Of a stretch of DNA of 64,000 bases, positions 36,401 to 51,400 are shown one piece after another; the first letter of the stretch is position 1, and each line of letters begins with the position of its first letter. The notes under the pieces were generated by a model. The model saw only the letters and a program-made list of their open reading frames with translations. It made no database searches and had not been told where the DNA came from. The stretch is from NCBI RefSeq assembly GCF_001194135.2, contig NC_068983.1:123358218-123422217 (forward strand). Reading direction: 5' to 3'. Source of the stretch: Octopus bimaculoides (Eukaryota). The translations under genes and the position numbers were made by a program.

Positions 36401-39400
36401 ATAAGCACCTGGAAAGCAGCAGGACCTGATGGTGTACAGGGATTTTGGATAAAAAAGTTCAGTAGGCGCCATAAATTGATTGCAGAGCAATTTAAAGCAT
36501 TCGTTGATGGAGAAGAAAACCAGGGCTGGTTGACAAAAAGATGAACAATGTTGTGTCTGAAAGATGCATCAAAAGAAAATGCTACCAACACTTACAGGCC
36601 AATTTCTTTCCTCCCATTAATGTGGAAGTTACTGTCAGGAGGAATTGCAGAAGAGCTGTACACATTTCTTGATGAGAATGATATGATACTGATGGAACAA
36701 AAAAATTGTAGGAGATGCAGAGGTGTCAAAGACGAATTATTGGCCTGGATTGACTATTGCAAAGCTTATGACATGATTTCACATTTGTGGATCATTGAAT
36801 GCTTAGATTTGTTTGGAATTGTGAGAAATGTAATGCATTTTCTGAAAAGAAGTGTGGTGGGGGTGGAAAACTGAGTTGACAGCCTATGGAAAAAGCTTGG
36901 GCACCCTGGGCATCAGAAGAGGGATTTTCCAAGGTAACAGCTTATCTCCATTGCTTTTTGTTCTGACTTAGGGATAAACAACAATTAGATTGTACAAAGC
37001 ACATTTACACAGTATAATGGCAATGAAATGTACTACTACTACTACTTGAAAAACTTATGGGTTGGTGACAGGAAGAGCATCCAGTCATAAAAATCTTACC
37101 TCAAAATAGATTCATGTTAAAGCCATACTAGCATGGAAAACAAATGAATGACATTTAGCTTTGTAAAAGACAGAAAACAAAATCAATGACAAATTTTTAA
37201 AAATAAAGTAAACATACCTTCACCAATTAATGTTGATTTTGTATAAAGTGCAGTTAATTGGCGCATGAAAACTGAACTTTTATTGTCACTAACAGCTTTG
37301 AGTGCAGCAGTTTCAGTTTGTTTAACAACACCAACCTAAGTATCACAGAATAAATAACAGAACAATATGTATAGAAACAGCGGTACATCTTCAAAAGTTT
37401 TATTATTTTTTTCACAGACAAATCTTAAAGATTTGATATTTACTTTTGATAATAGGAAAACAAATAGCAAATCATACAACATATCATGTTTTTATTAGTT
37501 TCATTTTTTAATCATATTTATATGGATACATTAACAATCTAAGATCAAGTTGTTAAACCCCATGCAAGATACACTACTCTACTTTATACAAATATGTTGA
37601 TTTTTAACTTATAAATACTAAGACGTTGATATATGATATCACATTTACAAGATTTCTCTTTCACTTATGGTGATAAAATGCATTATATTAGATAAAAATC
37701 ACAATGTATGAATAAGTACTCATTAATTATATCATAGCAGAAAGTACCCCTCTGAGGCATGAGTCTAGGCAAGGTTGTTTTGTAAAAGACCTGCAGTCAC
37801 CCAGGCATAGCAGCCTTTCCTCTTCGCAAAGACTGATACAGCTTGGCACCAGTGATGTTGCAACTCATTTCCACAGCTGAATGAACTGGAGCAATGTGAA
37901 AATAAAATATCTTGCTCAAGAAAACAACACAGCCTGGTCTGCAAATCAAATTCACAACCTCACGCCTGATGCTCTAACCGTTGACCTATGTGCCTTCACT
38001 TGAAGGCGCATGGAAGGTATTTGGGTCACAATCATAAGGTCATGAGTTTGAAAACTGGCAGCATGTTGTGTCCTTGAGCAAGACACTTTATTTCACATTG
38101 CTCCAGTTCAATCAGCTGGCAAGATTGAGTGGTACCTGTTATTCAAAGGGCCAACTTTGTTGCATTCTGTGTCACACTGAATCTCCCTGAGAACTATGTT
38201 ATGGATAAGTGTGTCTGCGAAGTGCTCAGCCACTCACATGTTAATTTCATGAACAGGTTGTTTTGTTGATCAGATCAACTGGAACCCTCATTGTCGTAAC
38301 CAACAGAGTGCCAGTTACCATAACATCACTTTGGTTACTTAATCATCTCCTTCAGTACATAACTGTTACCATAGTTAGATAAATGTTTTGGTTACATAAA
38401 TGTCACCTTGGTTACTTAAACATAGGTACAGAAAACACTGTAACTAAAATAACTTGTATCATCTTTAATACCTCAATTCTATTAATAGAATTCTATAGCA
38501 TAATACCTAAAATCTAGTGGAGGTACTGCAATGGTTCTTGGATGGTACATTTAATCTGTTGCCTTGTTTAACACCAACAGCAAGAGATTATTGCTTGCCT
38601 TTAGTGAAATACATTTTGTTGTAAATATTAACAGAAGACCTCTGGTCTGATGATAACTTGATAACAATAAAATATTTCAGCTACTACAGTGGCCATTATT
38701 CCATGTCACTGCCATTTGAGACCAATAGTTTCTCTTCTTTCTGTTACTCTCTCAGCCCTGCAATAATCAACCTTTCCTCCCTGGAATATCGAACACCAAC
38801 TAAATCAATCTTACTAGCATCAAAGAGCCTAAGAAGGCCATGAGTGGAAGTACTTCCTCTAGATGAAACCATTAAAAACAAAAGCAAATGCAGCAACTCA
38901 GAGGTTGTAGTTTTTCCTTCCCTTCTACCTCAACACCAGTCTCAAAAACCTGACAAAGTTCAGGAAGGAAAAAAAGAATCAACAGGAGGCTTAAACCAAG
39001 AAGGAATCCTCTATCTGTTCATTCAGTATGCTAGAAATACCAACCAAATCACCCTTCTGTAACACCAGGCCATCAGAAAAAAAGGACACATTGGATATTG
39101 TAGTCCTAGATATTCTATGTCTAGATGATATGGTCAAGGTTGAAATGTCTTTGATCATAAGCCTACTTCATCAGGACTGACAAAGCTAAACAACAACTAC
39201 TATTGCTACTACTGAGTGTCAAGGACACATTAATGTAGTCCCAGATACACTAAAACTTAAATACACAATGGTCAAGGCTGGAATATATTAGGTCTGCTCT
39301 ATGAGTGCTAACTTAGGGTTAAACAACAGGAATAGGATACTGAAAATAAGCTTTGCAACTATAATACTCACCTTGTAGCCTGCAGTGACAAGGCGTTGAA

Positions 39401-42400
39401 CATGGACAAACAGACGATGTGTTGGGATACTGGCAGTCATAAAATTATGGTCTGGATTACAGGTGATCTTTAAAACATCTGCAGCAATCTGAAAAACATC
39501 ACATATTTTCAATTACTAACTATTTTATAATGTCTTGACATGCTTCCTGGTAAACTAATATCACTAAACCATTTAATCATATTTAGTCACCAATTCTGGA
39601 CACATCTTATCTAAATTTAATGAAAAGAGCACCCTATGTGATCACTTGAGTAGATCGACCCCAGTACACAACTGGTACTTAATTTACTGACTCCCGAGAG
39701 GATGAAAGGCAAAGTCAACCTCAGTGGAATTTGAACTCAGAATGTAATTAATGGAACTCTGTCGGTTATGACGACAAGTATTCCAGTTGATCCAATCAAC
39801 GGAACAGCCTGCTTGCGAAATTAATGTGTAAGTGGTTGAGCACTCTACAGACACGTGTACCCTTAATGTAGTTCTCGGGGAGATTCAGCATGACACAGAG
39901 TGTGACAAGGCTGGCCCTTTGAAATACAAGTACAACAGAAACAGGAAGAAAGAGTGAGAGAAAGTTGTAGTGAAAGAGTACAGCAGGGTTCGCCACCACC
40001 CCCTACAGGAGCCTTGTGGAGCTTTAGGTGTTTTTGCTCAATAAACACTCACAACGCCCAGTCTGGGAATCAAAACCGTGATCCTAAGACCGCGAGTCTG
40101 CTGCCCTAACCACTGGGCCATTGCATTTCACCCAGCATGCTAACGTTTCTGCCAGCTCACTGCCTTTATATATACAACTGCACTTTGAATGTGGCTCCCG
40201 AGAAAGAGTAAACGTAATTATCCGATCAACGATCACAACTAGTATATAATAAAGTGTATGGAGACTTGTACATCCACAAAATTTATTTCATAGTTATATA
40301 CAGCATATCATAACAACCTATATGTTTCCACTGCAGCGACTACTCACTGTTGCAAATGCAGCTTTGCAATATTGTCGATGCAGTTTCATCAGGGGCCATC
40401 CATTTGGTCATTCTCGGAGTGAATATAATATGTTGTATATAACTATAAAATAAATTTTGTGGATGTACAAATCTCCATACCTTTTATTATTATTAATATT
40501 AATATATACTCCAGGCAACTGTTACAGTCCAGCACAGAGCACATGGAAGTACCTATCGGAAGAATTCAGGGATTAACTAACAACTAATTGTAGACACAGA
40601 CATTGGATACTGAGTGTTGTGGTTAGCCATCAACTGGAACTCAACTGAGAGCTAATATGGTATCCACCTGGATAATATATCCCTCCAAACTCACTATATA
40701 TATATATATATATATATAGTAAGAGTATAGGGATTTAAGAAATCCAGGTGAGTACCTCAGTCAGTACTCATGTGAAATCTTATCTAACAGAAAGGAAAAG
40801 AAAGGAAAGAAAATTAGAATTAGTAATCAGTTAATCTAAAAGATACTCTATGCAAACAGTAAATCCAGGTTAATGTACTGATTATAAGATTTATTATCTG
40901 CAAAGGATGCATCAATGTAGACAAACAAAAGGATTGTAAATGAGGGTATTACATTTATTAATCAATTACAATCATTTCAATAACTAGTGGAAATGTTAGA
41001 TCGATCAATATGTTAAGTTACACAAATAAAAACAAAAAATTATGTAAGATCAAACAATATAAAATGAAGTTTCACATAAACAGCTGGTTAAATAAACATG
41101 AAAAAGACAGGAGCTTAGAAGATCATAGTACTGAATTAAATAACAAGTTGTCATACTAAAAGGAGGAATTATAAAGACAAGGTGTCATCTTAGTTCTTTC
41201 ATTAGATCTACTGTAAACCAGCAGGGCGACTAATTGACACATTTAGAGAACCAAAAATTTATTGAATACATAGATACTAGAGGAGAGATAAGCAAAGAGA
41301 TCAGATGGAAATTTTCAAAGAAACATTAGTTTACTACTATATTCTTGATAGTGCCATAGACAGAAGTAAAATACAAAGAGAAAATGAAGATATAGATAAG
41401 ATTTGAAAAAATGAAGACAAGTAATTAGAATAAAGGTACAAAATATAGTAATAAAATTGCCACTAAAATTATGGCTTGATATTATTAGGTCAATTAGCGC
41501 TGAAATTAAATAAAAATTACTTAAAAAATAAGATTAGTTTTGTAGGAAAACATTTAAGCAGGATTAGAGAGCATTTAAAACAGAATCCTCTGTGATAAAG
41601 CTGGAGTAATGCAAAGAATGAGAAGGTGATCTATATCTATCTCTAAACTGTTTCACGGTCAGTTGGTCAGTGACTTAAGCCCCCCCAACCTGGCTTGCCA
41701 GGGAAGGAGGGTGTTGTGGACATTCTGCAGGACTAAAAACAAGACCTGTCAAAGGACAGATGTGTTTATTGTGAACTAATGACCATCCACACAAATAGTG
41801 TCTTGTTAAAACATTCTGCACATGGGCTTGCAAACTGTAAATTTAAAAAATAAGAGATTGGATTCTTGAAGTCTTGTAAACAACAATTCTAATGTAATAT
41901 GAAGTAAAGGGCTAATTGCCCCTTTTGTTACTATATTTCTCTCAAAATACACTGTCTTTGTTTTAACTAATTTTGAAAATAATGGAGAATTTAATAAAAT
42001 AATTTTGTTGTTATTAAAATGGTGTGTGAAACATAAATCAACATAAAATTATAATGGAAATTTTAAACCAGAAGTTTGTATCAAGCTTTTGATGAGAAGC
42101 AAGAGAGAGACATATGACAATGAAGACAACTGGAAGTTCTTATGGGACAATCTACTGAGGGCGACAGGCCAAGTCTGTGGCTGCAGCAAAGCCTCTGTCA
42201 GACCAAGGGTGACATGGTGATGGAACAGTGAGGTTGACAGGGCCATAAAATAGAGACGGGTCTGGAAAGAGTAGAAAAGTGGAGGTGAAAAAGAACCATA
42301 TCAGATATCTAAAAGAGAAGCTAGCCATCAGGTATATCTAGGTAGGGCAGAAGCAGAAAGGAAGAGGTTTGCCAATGTCCTATGGAATGAAGATCAGAGA

Positions 42401-45400
42401 CTTGAGGTGTTCCAGATTGCTAGATAGTGTGTTATAGAGAATTGACATGTTGCAGAAGAATGTGTACAGATGGATGACAATAGTGTGCTTGCACTTAGAG
42501 ATTCTGAAAAGAAAGAGGTGTGGAAGAGTTTCTACGTAAGGGTATTAAATGTGGAGAATGAATGGGAGAAAGGGAATCTCCCTCATGTGAACCCAACAGA
42601 GGGACCAGCTAGCCTAGTTGACAACAGTATGAAAGATAAGGCAATTAAAAATATGAAGACAAGAAAAGCCCCTGGTCCATCAGGAATCGTTGCTGAGATG
42701 CTTCAAATATCTGGTAGAGTAGGATATGGGCCAGTTAATCAGGTTATTCAGGAAGGTATAATCCTCAGTGACTCAGTGACTGGTAGCATTATAGTCAACT
42801 GCTACAAGAGAGATGCTTCAGATAGAAGTAATTATAGAGGCATCAAATTGCAGGACCAGGTGATAAAAGTTAGAGAGAGTTAATTAGGAACAGAATTAGA
42901 CTAGATTAATTAAAAACAGAATTAGACTAGATGAAAATTAATTAGGAACAGAATTAGACTAGATGAAATGCTGTTTGGCTTTGTCCCGGAGAGAAGCACT
43001 ACCAATGCTATTTTCACAGTCAGGCAACTGCAAGAAAAATATCTAGCTAAGAATAAGCCATTTGTTGATCTGGAGAAAGCTTTTAACAGAGTACCCTGCT
43101 GTGTGATATGGTGGCCTCTGAGGAAGCTAGGAGTAGATGAATGGCTAGTGAAGCTGTACAGGTCATGTACAGAGGCTCTGTCAGTAAGGTGACAGCTTGA
43201 CCTCAAGCTACATAACCTTAACATGGGAAAATAAACTTGTTCTACAACAAGAAAGCAAATAACATATAAAACAGTATTTACCTGAGCATCTTCACCAAAA
43301 AATCGGTATTTATAACCACATTCAATGAGCAAGATAGTACCAGGGTATTTTGCTTTCAAATCAACAACTTGTTGTTCTAAAGGTGTATATTTTATTGTTG
43401 GAAAAGATTTTAACTTGTCACTGCCATGAGATACTGTCTTGACTTTTGCTGAGCTCTCTTTACATTCTGCTTCAGGTGTTTTGTCATCTTCAGGATCCAC
43501 ATACATTTCAGCATCATTGTCTTTTGCTACATTGTCATTTTGTTCATCTAGATCAGGTAAGCCACTTGCAAATCTATTTTTAAGTTCTTCCAAGTCAATG
43601 TTTTTATCATGTGAAGTAGACAAGGAAAAAGCATTCAGTTTTGATTGCGTTTCTTCATGGAGGCCAAGGCGTATCTTTGAACTAAGAGATGATTTTAATT
43701 TCTTGCCAAAATCTGAAGATGTCCCAGTGGTATCTTCATTATGCGAGACTTTCCTTTTTTTCGCAGCTTCAAAATTACAGTTAGACTGAAAATTGTAAAA
43801 TAATATAAATTATTAATGAAAATTAATTCAATAATTACAACAAAACAAATCATTAAAAATCTTAACCCTTTCGTTACCAAACGGCTCTGGCTCTGTAGTA
43901 CAAATGTCTAGTTTTCATAAGTTTTGAATTAAAATCTTCCACCAAACTTTAGTCAAAATTTAGGTTCCTAACACTAGCTGAATGATAACTAAGTTATTTT
44001 GCTAAATTCTTTGTTATATTTAAAATAATTAAAAGAAACACAGAGCATCTCAAAATAAATACAGTAACGAAAGGGTTAAAGAAATTTCTTATTAACACTT
44101 TAGCATAGAGATTATTCTGTCAAATGTAATGATTATTTATTCACATTGTTTTGAATTATTAATGCAAGATTTTGTAACTTTGAGATTTTGATGATGTGAT
44201 CGTTTATTCTTAGAATGACATTGTAAGGTAGGTGTGAAAAGCCAGATCTGGACAGTTTGAACATAAGACAAGTAGATCTGGTTAGTTTAAATGCTGAAGG
44301 GTTAAGAAAAACTTTTCTGACAGTTTCTAATTGTAGTGAGGTGCGAAATGATCTAGAAACAATTTTGGGCAGTTGTCTCATTGATCACCAATTAAAAACA
44401 GTGATTCAGACTGGTAACAAAAAGTCAAAATTTGTGATTGCAAAGGAAGATAAAGTGGGTTGTTATATTGGTTTCAAATTCTGGCACAAGGCCAGCAATT
44501 TCAGGGGATGAGGCTAAGTCAATTAAATCAACACCAGTGCTCAACAGGTACTTACTTTAACAACCCTGAAAGGATGGAAGGCAAAGTTGGTCCTGGAAGT
44601 GTTTGAACCCAGAACATAAAGACAGATGAAATGCTGCTAAGCATTTTGCTTGGCGTGCTAATGATTCTGCCAGCTTGCTGCCTTAAATAGTGGTTTGTTA
44701 CATTAACTCAAGTACATGACTACTGTTTAGTTTATTGAAGCCTGAAAGGTGAAAAGCAAAGTTGATTTTGCTAAGGTTTAAACTTGGAACATGAATACCT
44801 GTGAATATTAAGGTACTTGTTTCTTACATAATAGTGGGGATGGGTAGTAATTTAGATTGGCCACAGCACTTAATGGTACTTTATTTCATTGACCTTCAAA
44901 GGATTAAAAAAACAAAACAAGGTTGGTCTCAATGGAATTTGAACATCAAGTGTAAAAACCCAGAATATAAAATTGCTTCTGATTTGGGTACAAGCCCAGT
45001 AATTTTAACCCTTTCGTTACCAACCTGGCTGAAACCGGCTCTGGCTTTGAGTACAAATGTCCTGTTTTCATAAATTTTGAATTAAAATCTTCCACTAAAT
45101 CTTAGTCACAATTTATGTTCCTAACACTAGCTGAATGATAACTAAGTTATTTTACTAAATTCTTTGTTATATTTAAAGTAATTGAAAGAAACACAGAGCA
45201 TCTCAAAACAAATACAGTAACGAAAGGGTTAAAGGGATGAGGTTAGCTGATTAAATTGACCCATGACTTGACTAGTACTTTCATATCCACCTCAGAGGAA
45301 TGAAAGAAAAAGTTAACCTCAGCAAGATTTGAATGCAGAATATAAAGAACCAGAACAATGACTTCAAGGCATTTTGCCTGATGCTTTAACTATTCTACTG

Positions 45401-48400
45401 GCTCACTACCCTCACAGCCAGAATAAAGAATGCAACGTATTCAGTCCAATACTCAAATAATTCTGTTAATGCCAATGAGAGAGCACCTATCCAGTTGCTA
45501 AACCTGTTAGAAATAGCAGCTAAACAGTCTTCATATTGCACCCTACAAAAAAGATACTAGTTAAAACACTCATAGATAACAGAGCTAAAAGCAATGATGG
45601 AATGGTCAGAAACAACTTCTGACCAAGGATCTACTCAATTAGGGGCTGATTTGGGGCTAAACAACAACAAAAACGTACATATGCAATTCTTCTCACTCTC
45701 TCTTTCTCTCACTCCCCCTCTCCCCCACACATACACACAGGAACAGACACCTGCTTTCCGGAGAGAATTCATGTAATTTTTGAATCTTTTTTTGCAATGT
45801 ATGCACACATGCTGTAATATACATATTTTCATTGCTTTACAAATAGAAAATTTGATGGGTCATATTTCATCCCAGATGTGAGCTGTATATCTTTCATGCT
45901 ATGTTACTGATTGTGTAAATCTATTCTGGAGTCATTGCATCCCAGGTTTACATGACAGTGAATAAACCAGTTGTGATAAATCATAGTCATCATGACCATC
46001 ATTTAATGTGTGCCTCCCATGCCAGCATAGGTAGAATATCATCATCATCATCGTCGTCGTTTAACGTCCGCTTTCCATGCTAGCATGGGTTGGACGATTT
46101 GACTGAGGACTGGTGAAATCAGATGGCTATACCAGGCTCCAATCTGATTTGGCAGAGTTTCTACAGCTGGATGCCCTTCCTAACGCCAACCACTCAGAGA
46201 GTGTAGTGGGTGCTTTTTACGTGCCACCGGCATGAAGGCCAGTCAGGCGGTACTGGCAACGGCCACGCTCAAAATGGTGTATTTTATGTGCCACCCGCAC
46301 AAGAACCAGTCCAGGGGCACTGGCAATGATCTCGCTCGAAAGTCCTTACACATGCCACGGGCACAATATTTCATAATTCACTTTACTTTGACATTTCATA
46401 TGTTCCACTGTTCTCTGACATTGATCTATCAAAGAAAAAATTTTGATTTATTTTAGCAATGCCAAAAATAGCATCTACATTTATGAAAGAACTCAAGAAG
46501 GGTTATACCTCTCTTAAAAAAAAAATTGTTTGTGTTTGTGTGGGTAAGGTAAAGCTTGATCACAATTTTGCAGAGTTTTGCTTAGGGAAAAGGCCAGATA
46601 TTAAAGACTGTTTACAATTTAAAAAGCATAAAGTAAATAGTGTTTTTATCTTTTACTTGTTTCAGTCATTGAACTGCAGCCATGCTGGAGCACCACCTCC
46701 AAGGTTTTAGTTGAACAAATCGACACCAATACTTCTTTTTAAGCCTGTTACTTATTCTATTGTTTTTTTTTTCTCAACTGTTGAGTAACAGGGATGTAAA
46801 CAAACCAATACTGGTTATCCAGCAGTAGTTGGGGATAAAGAGGGGACAAACACAAAGACATCCGGGGACACACACACACACATACACATAATAGGCCTCT
46901 TTCAGTATCTCTCTATCAAACCTACTCACAAGGCTTTGGTTAGCCCAGGACTATAGTACAAGACACTTGCCCAAGGTGCCATGTAATGGAACTGAACCCA
47001 GAACCATGCAGTTCAGAAGCAAATTTCTTAGCACACAACTTAAGTCAATCAGTGTTCTGTTCAATATAATTTTACTTTTGTTCAACTGAAAAACTATCAT
47101 CTGGCATTCAACAGACATCACTATCTTTTATACAATATTTTTTACTTTTGAGCAACAACAGAAAACATGGGAGCTACTTATGTTATTAAAACTTAATAGA
47201 TTTAATTTTCTAATAAAGTTAATGTTCACATCAAAACCTAAATAGAAATAATAGTGGTGAAGAAAAAACATTAGCTTAGTAACTAATATTATTCTAATTA
47301 TATAGCAAGTATGGGAGACAACTCCATACACTTTCAGCTTATTAGACCTCCTCATTAAATCATAAACTTCATTGTATTTGTGGAGGTAGTGATGAAGGAA
47401 CCACTATGTATGTGTTCAATATTTTACAGGAGTAGGAGTAAAATATTAGCATTATTCATTAATTTATTAAGATATTATTTAACAAACTAAACTGTTGAAA
47501 AAGATAAATTGAAATAAAGGCTCTTATCCCCCACCAAACAAGATGCAGAAAATGCTAATAGAGAAGACAAACAGCAAAATGTAAATCAGTTGGAGGAAAT
47601 GGCTTCAAAAAATAAAGAAAAACTTTTAATGTCTTGTAGATATCTATAACCAATTGTAACTGAGGTGTCAAAAAGCTGCACATAAAAATGCAACTAAAAC
47701 AATATTGCACATAATAAAAAAGAAATTGTAGAAAGTGTGAAATCATTTAAAATTTTCTAGTTTTATTCATGTTAAAATTGCAGAAAGGCAACTACTTATA
47801 GTGCATAGATCAGTGATTGATCTATAACAGAATGAGAATTCCTGGTTCTAAACTGAGATTAATAACTTGATTATCCTCAGAGCTGTGTGTTTACATTTAA
47901 CTACTATTTAACATCTAGTGACGGGTTATATCTTGCTGTTTATTTCATCATTACTACAATAGAATCAGTTTTGAATGGTAATGGATAACATGAAATATTA
48001 CATTACTGATGTATCCAGTTTCTCCAATAACCAAATTTAATTGAAAGAGTCCTAAATCTGAGACACAGCCTTTCTTGGCAGCTGGAACATTACATTGATA
48101 TTGTAGCCTGGCATGAAATTTTATTTTATATAAACTGGACAAATATTATGTCCAGTGCATTAGTTTATACTAAATTTCATTGCTTAATCAATATTCCAGC
48201 AAATCTATTAAGTTGTCAGCAGGAATAAAAATGACCATCTTATTTGAAATTCTGCAGACTTTGCTTTTACGAAGAATTAAAAATAAAGCAGTTCGCAGGA
48301 TTTTTGTAGAGGAGGGTTAATGGTTTAACCTGGTGGAAGAGGCTGGGCTCATAATATTTTGTAGGCTCTTTGAGAAAAAAATTAAAATGGAGAATGTTCC

Positions 48401-51400
48401 TTTTTAACAGATACAAGTCAACAGCTCCAGGAAAAACATGAATAGAGAAGGAATTCCAGTGGGCCTTTTTTTAAAGAGGAAAGCACTGAGCTGGAGTTGA
48501 CACTATGAGTAACAGGATTGCTTGACTAGAAGTGGTATGAGATCAGCCAGTTGAGGAGTGGAAGCTATTATAGTAGTATAAGATAAGAACAGAGAGTAGA
48601 CAGCATATCTATGAGGCAGAGGTTGGATTGTATTGGTGATTGACTTTATGTTGATCACTTAGATGGTCCTTCTTTGTATGTGGTACAGGATGTCTGTATA
48701 ATGACAAAACTATCTGAGATGTGGGAACAACATTTCACAGTAGACTGTACTTAAGCATTATTAAGGATTAGCAGTTGTTGGGAGGCTGAAATATTCTCTG
48801 TCTCTAAAGAGGAAGGCCAATCTGTGTGATGCAGTTTAAAGATGGTAGAGATTTATTTCCCATTTGTTTCTGCTATTAGAAAATCAGAAGGGGAAGAACA
48901 GTATCAACGACTCTTGCTGCACATTGCAGATTGATGTGGTTGGTGTTTTATTTGAATTACTCTGGTTCAGTGTCTGAATGTAGATGGAGAGAATTCTAGA
49001 GAATGGCAGCTCTGACAAGGAATGATTGGCTAAAATATTTAGTCCAAGATCAAGGTGGATGACAAAAATAGATCCAAGGGTGAGGAAATGGTCTTACTTT
49101 CTTGAATTTTCCAGATGTGTTCCAGAGCTGTTTAATAGTATTCAATGTAGACTCTCTCTTCTTGGTTTGATGAAAGAGGTTTGACCTACTTTGAATGTAG
49201 AGGTAAACTAAAATGTAAGTTATTTAGTCTGGATTTTTTCAAGTCAATTTCTCACCCTTCATTTTACATAATATTAGATAAAGTAAATGGTTATAATGCA
49301 TTGGTGAGTGAAGAGTTGATAGCCAATAGGATGGCTGGTTTTTGGACCACTTTAGAAGATATCTAATATATAAGATGATGGAAGTATGTCAAGCAATCAT
49401 GTAGGGAATCACCTCATTTAGATTCCATATATAGGCATAACCTACCATGACCAACATCCCTCACATAAGTTAACTTCTCTAAGAGGTAGGCTTATGAATG
49501 GGATGATGATTATGATAGGTTATCCTTGATTGAACAGACCTACAATCAAAGATGTTCTAGCCATGATTATCCTGTTTTTCTAGGACATATTTAAGACTAT
49601 ATCATCTAATGTCGTTTACTCTCAGAGGCTGGCTTATGTAAGGGATGTTGGTTATGATAGGTGTTATCCTTGATTGAGCAGACCTACAATCAAAGACATT
49701 CTAGCTATAAACATCCTGTTTTTTTAGGACGTATCTAAGACTTTATTACCTAATGTCTTTTACTTTGTTGGATGATGAAATGTCGAGGGAGATTTGGTTG
49801 CTACTTTTAACAGAGTGATTGATCATATAGAGGCTCTCTCATTAACTCCAATGTTTGTGTGTACTACAGGGGTACCAACAATGGAGAATATGTGAAGAAC
49901 TGTCTTGTTATTATCAGATGTAAGGTAGTGGATTAGCAGAGGTACCAAAGTACCTCGAGCAGAGTTTAACTTTGTTGCAAGCATTTGAGCCAGGCCAGAT
50001 TTCTGGTTTGAGGATAATCTCTTCCCTTCCTTCCATCAGTTTCACAGGACTGAGAAAAGAAATGGTCAATGGAGCTGCCTTATTCTCCCTGATTAGAGAG
50101 TAAAAAAGAATTCTGTTTCGGTCAACTTTACCTTCATCTTTCTAGTATTGATAAGATAAGTCACCCGTCAATTACTAAGGTCAATTTGAATCAACAAGCA
50201 TCACTCTATCTCTCTAAATTTGTGGCTTTAAGCTGGTGTTAGAAATCCTTATTAACTAGTTATTGTATTAATACCTCCTTCTATTTCTCTTCTTCCACAT
50301 CCATCTCCCTTTGTTGTCAGCAGTGGCAGCAATGAAAAGGGGATGGGAGAATGAGGAAGAGAGGGAAAGTATTTTTAAAGACATAATTACTACAAGTGCT
50401 AATTACTAACGATAACTGTTGTCATCATTGACATTATCAACATTAATCCTATTAACATTTCTCTATGTTGACATGGGTTGGCTGAGAGAATATATTTGGT
50501 AAAATATATTTTGTAAAATACTATGGAATGTTATGAAAATATTACTAATCCCCCACATACAAATACATACACTGGCTCCCAAAGATAAATTTGAGCAACA
50601 AATTTTCCTGTAGCAAAAACAGATTCTAATTTAGATGCTACTGGCAATAATTTGTGATATCTGATATACCTACTTAGGTAACATGCCTAGGTAATAGCAG
50701 AGGTGATATGGATTAATTTATTTAGAATAATCTAGTGATATCCTGGCAACCAATCTCACTGAATAATCCTGAAAGAAGCTTGGAACATCTGTAACAATAT
50801 TTTCACAAATTGGCTTTTACTATTTATTTTTATATATTTAGTTTATTCCTTTCACTGTAATCTGTAAGTGATCAGAAAAAGCTGCATGACTAATGAATAT
50901 TCAAAAGAACTATTATCTAATGTTAAATTACCTTCTGGAGAAAGGAGAGAGGCTGTATAGAAAAAAACTGTGCTCTACTTTTTACAAATGCATAAAACAA
51001 ACCAGACATGTGATTATATGCTTCATTCTAGAAGGTGAGTAACAGATGCAAGTTTTAATTTATTGATTTTTAAAAAATAATCAAGTAAAATAGAACAACT
51101 AAATCAAGTGTTCGTTTGGTAATCAATAAAACAAATCTGAATTTTGTTAAAGCAAAAAAGTAAAAAGAAGAAAATAAAGTCAATAAGTTTGGTTAATTTC
51201 AAACAGAATTCAAAAATATGAAGTTCAATGACTATAATATATATATATATATATATATATCTCATTTCAGTCAATAGACTGTGGCCATGCTGGGGCAGCA
51301 CCTTGAAGAACTATACACGAATTGTCTTCATGAAATGGGACTTGCGTACAGTTCTACCGATTACATTGGGGTTATTTTTCAAAATGCCTCAGCTCTGGCA

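Noticed and set aside
39990-40130. tRNA-like sequences (also 29487, 52500, 60350, 63438)
   Set aside because: They are SINE heads with A/B boxes but no complete cloverleaf, and they continue into repeat bodies.
42922-43281. Continuation of the 233-aa ORF past GEDAQ
   Set aside because: Read-through into intron 2 and the antisense RTE; the MSH3 match stops at the GT donor at 43281.
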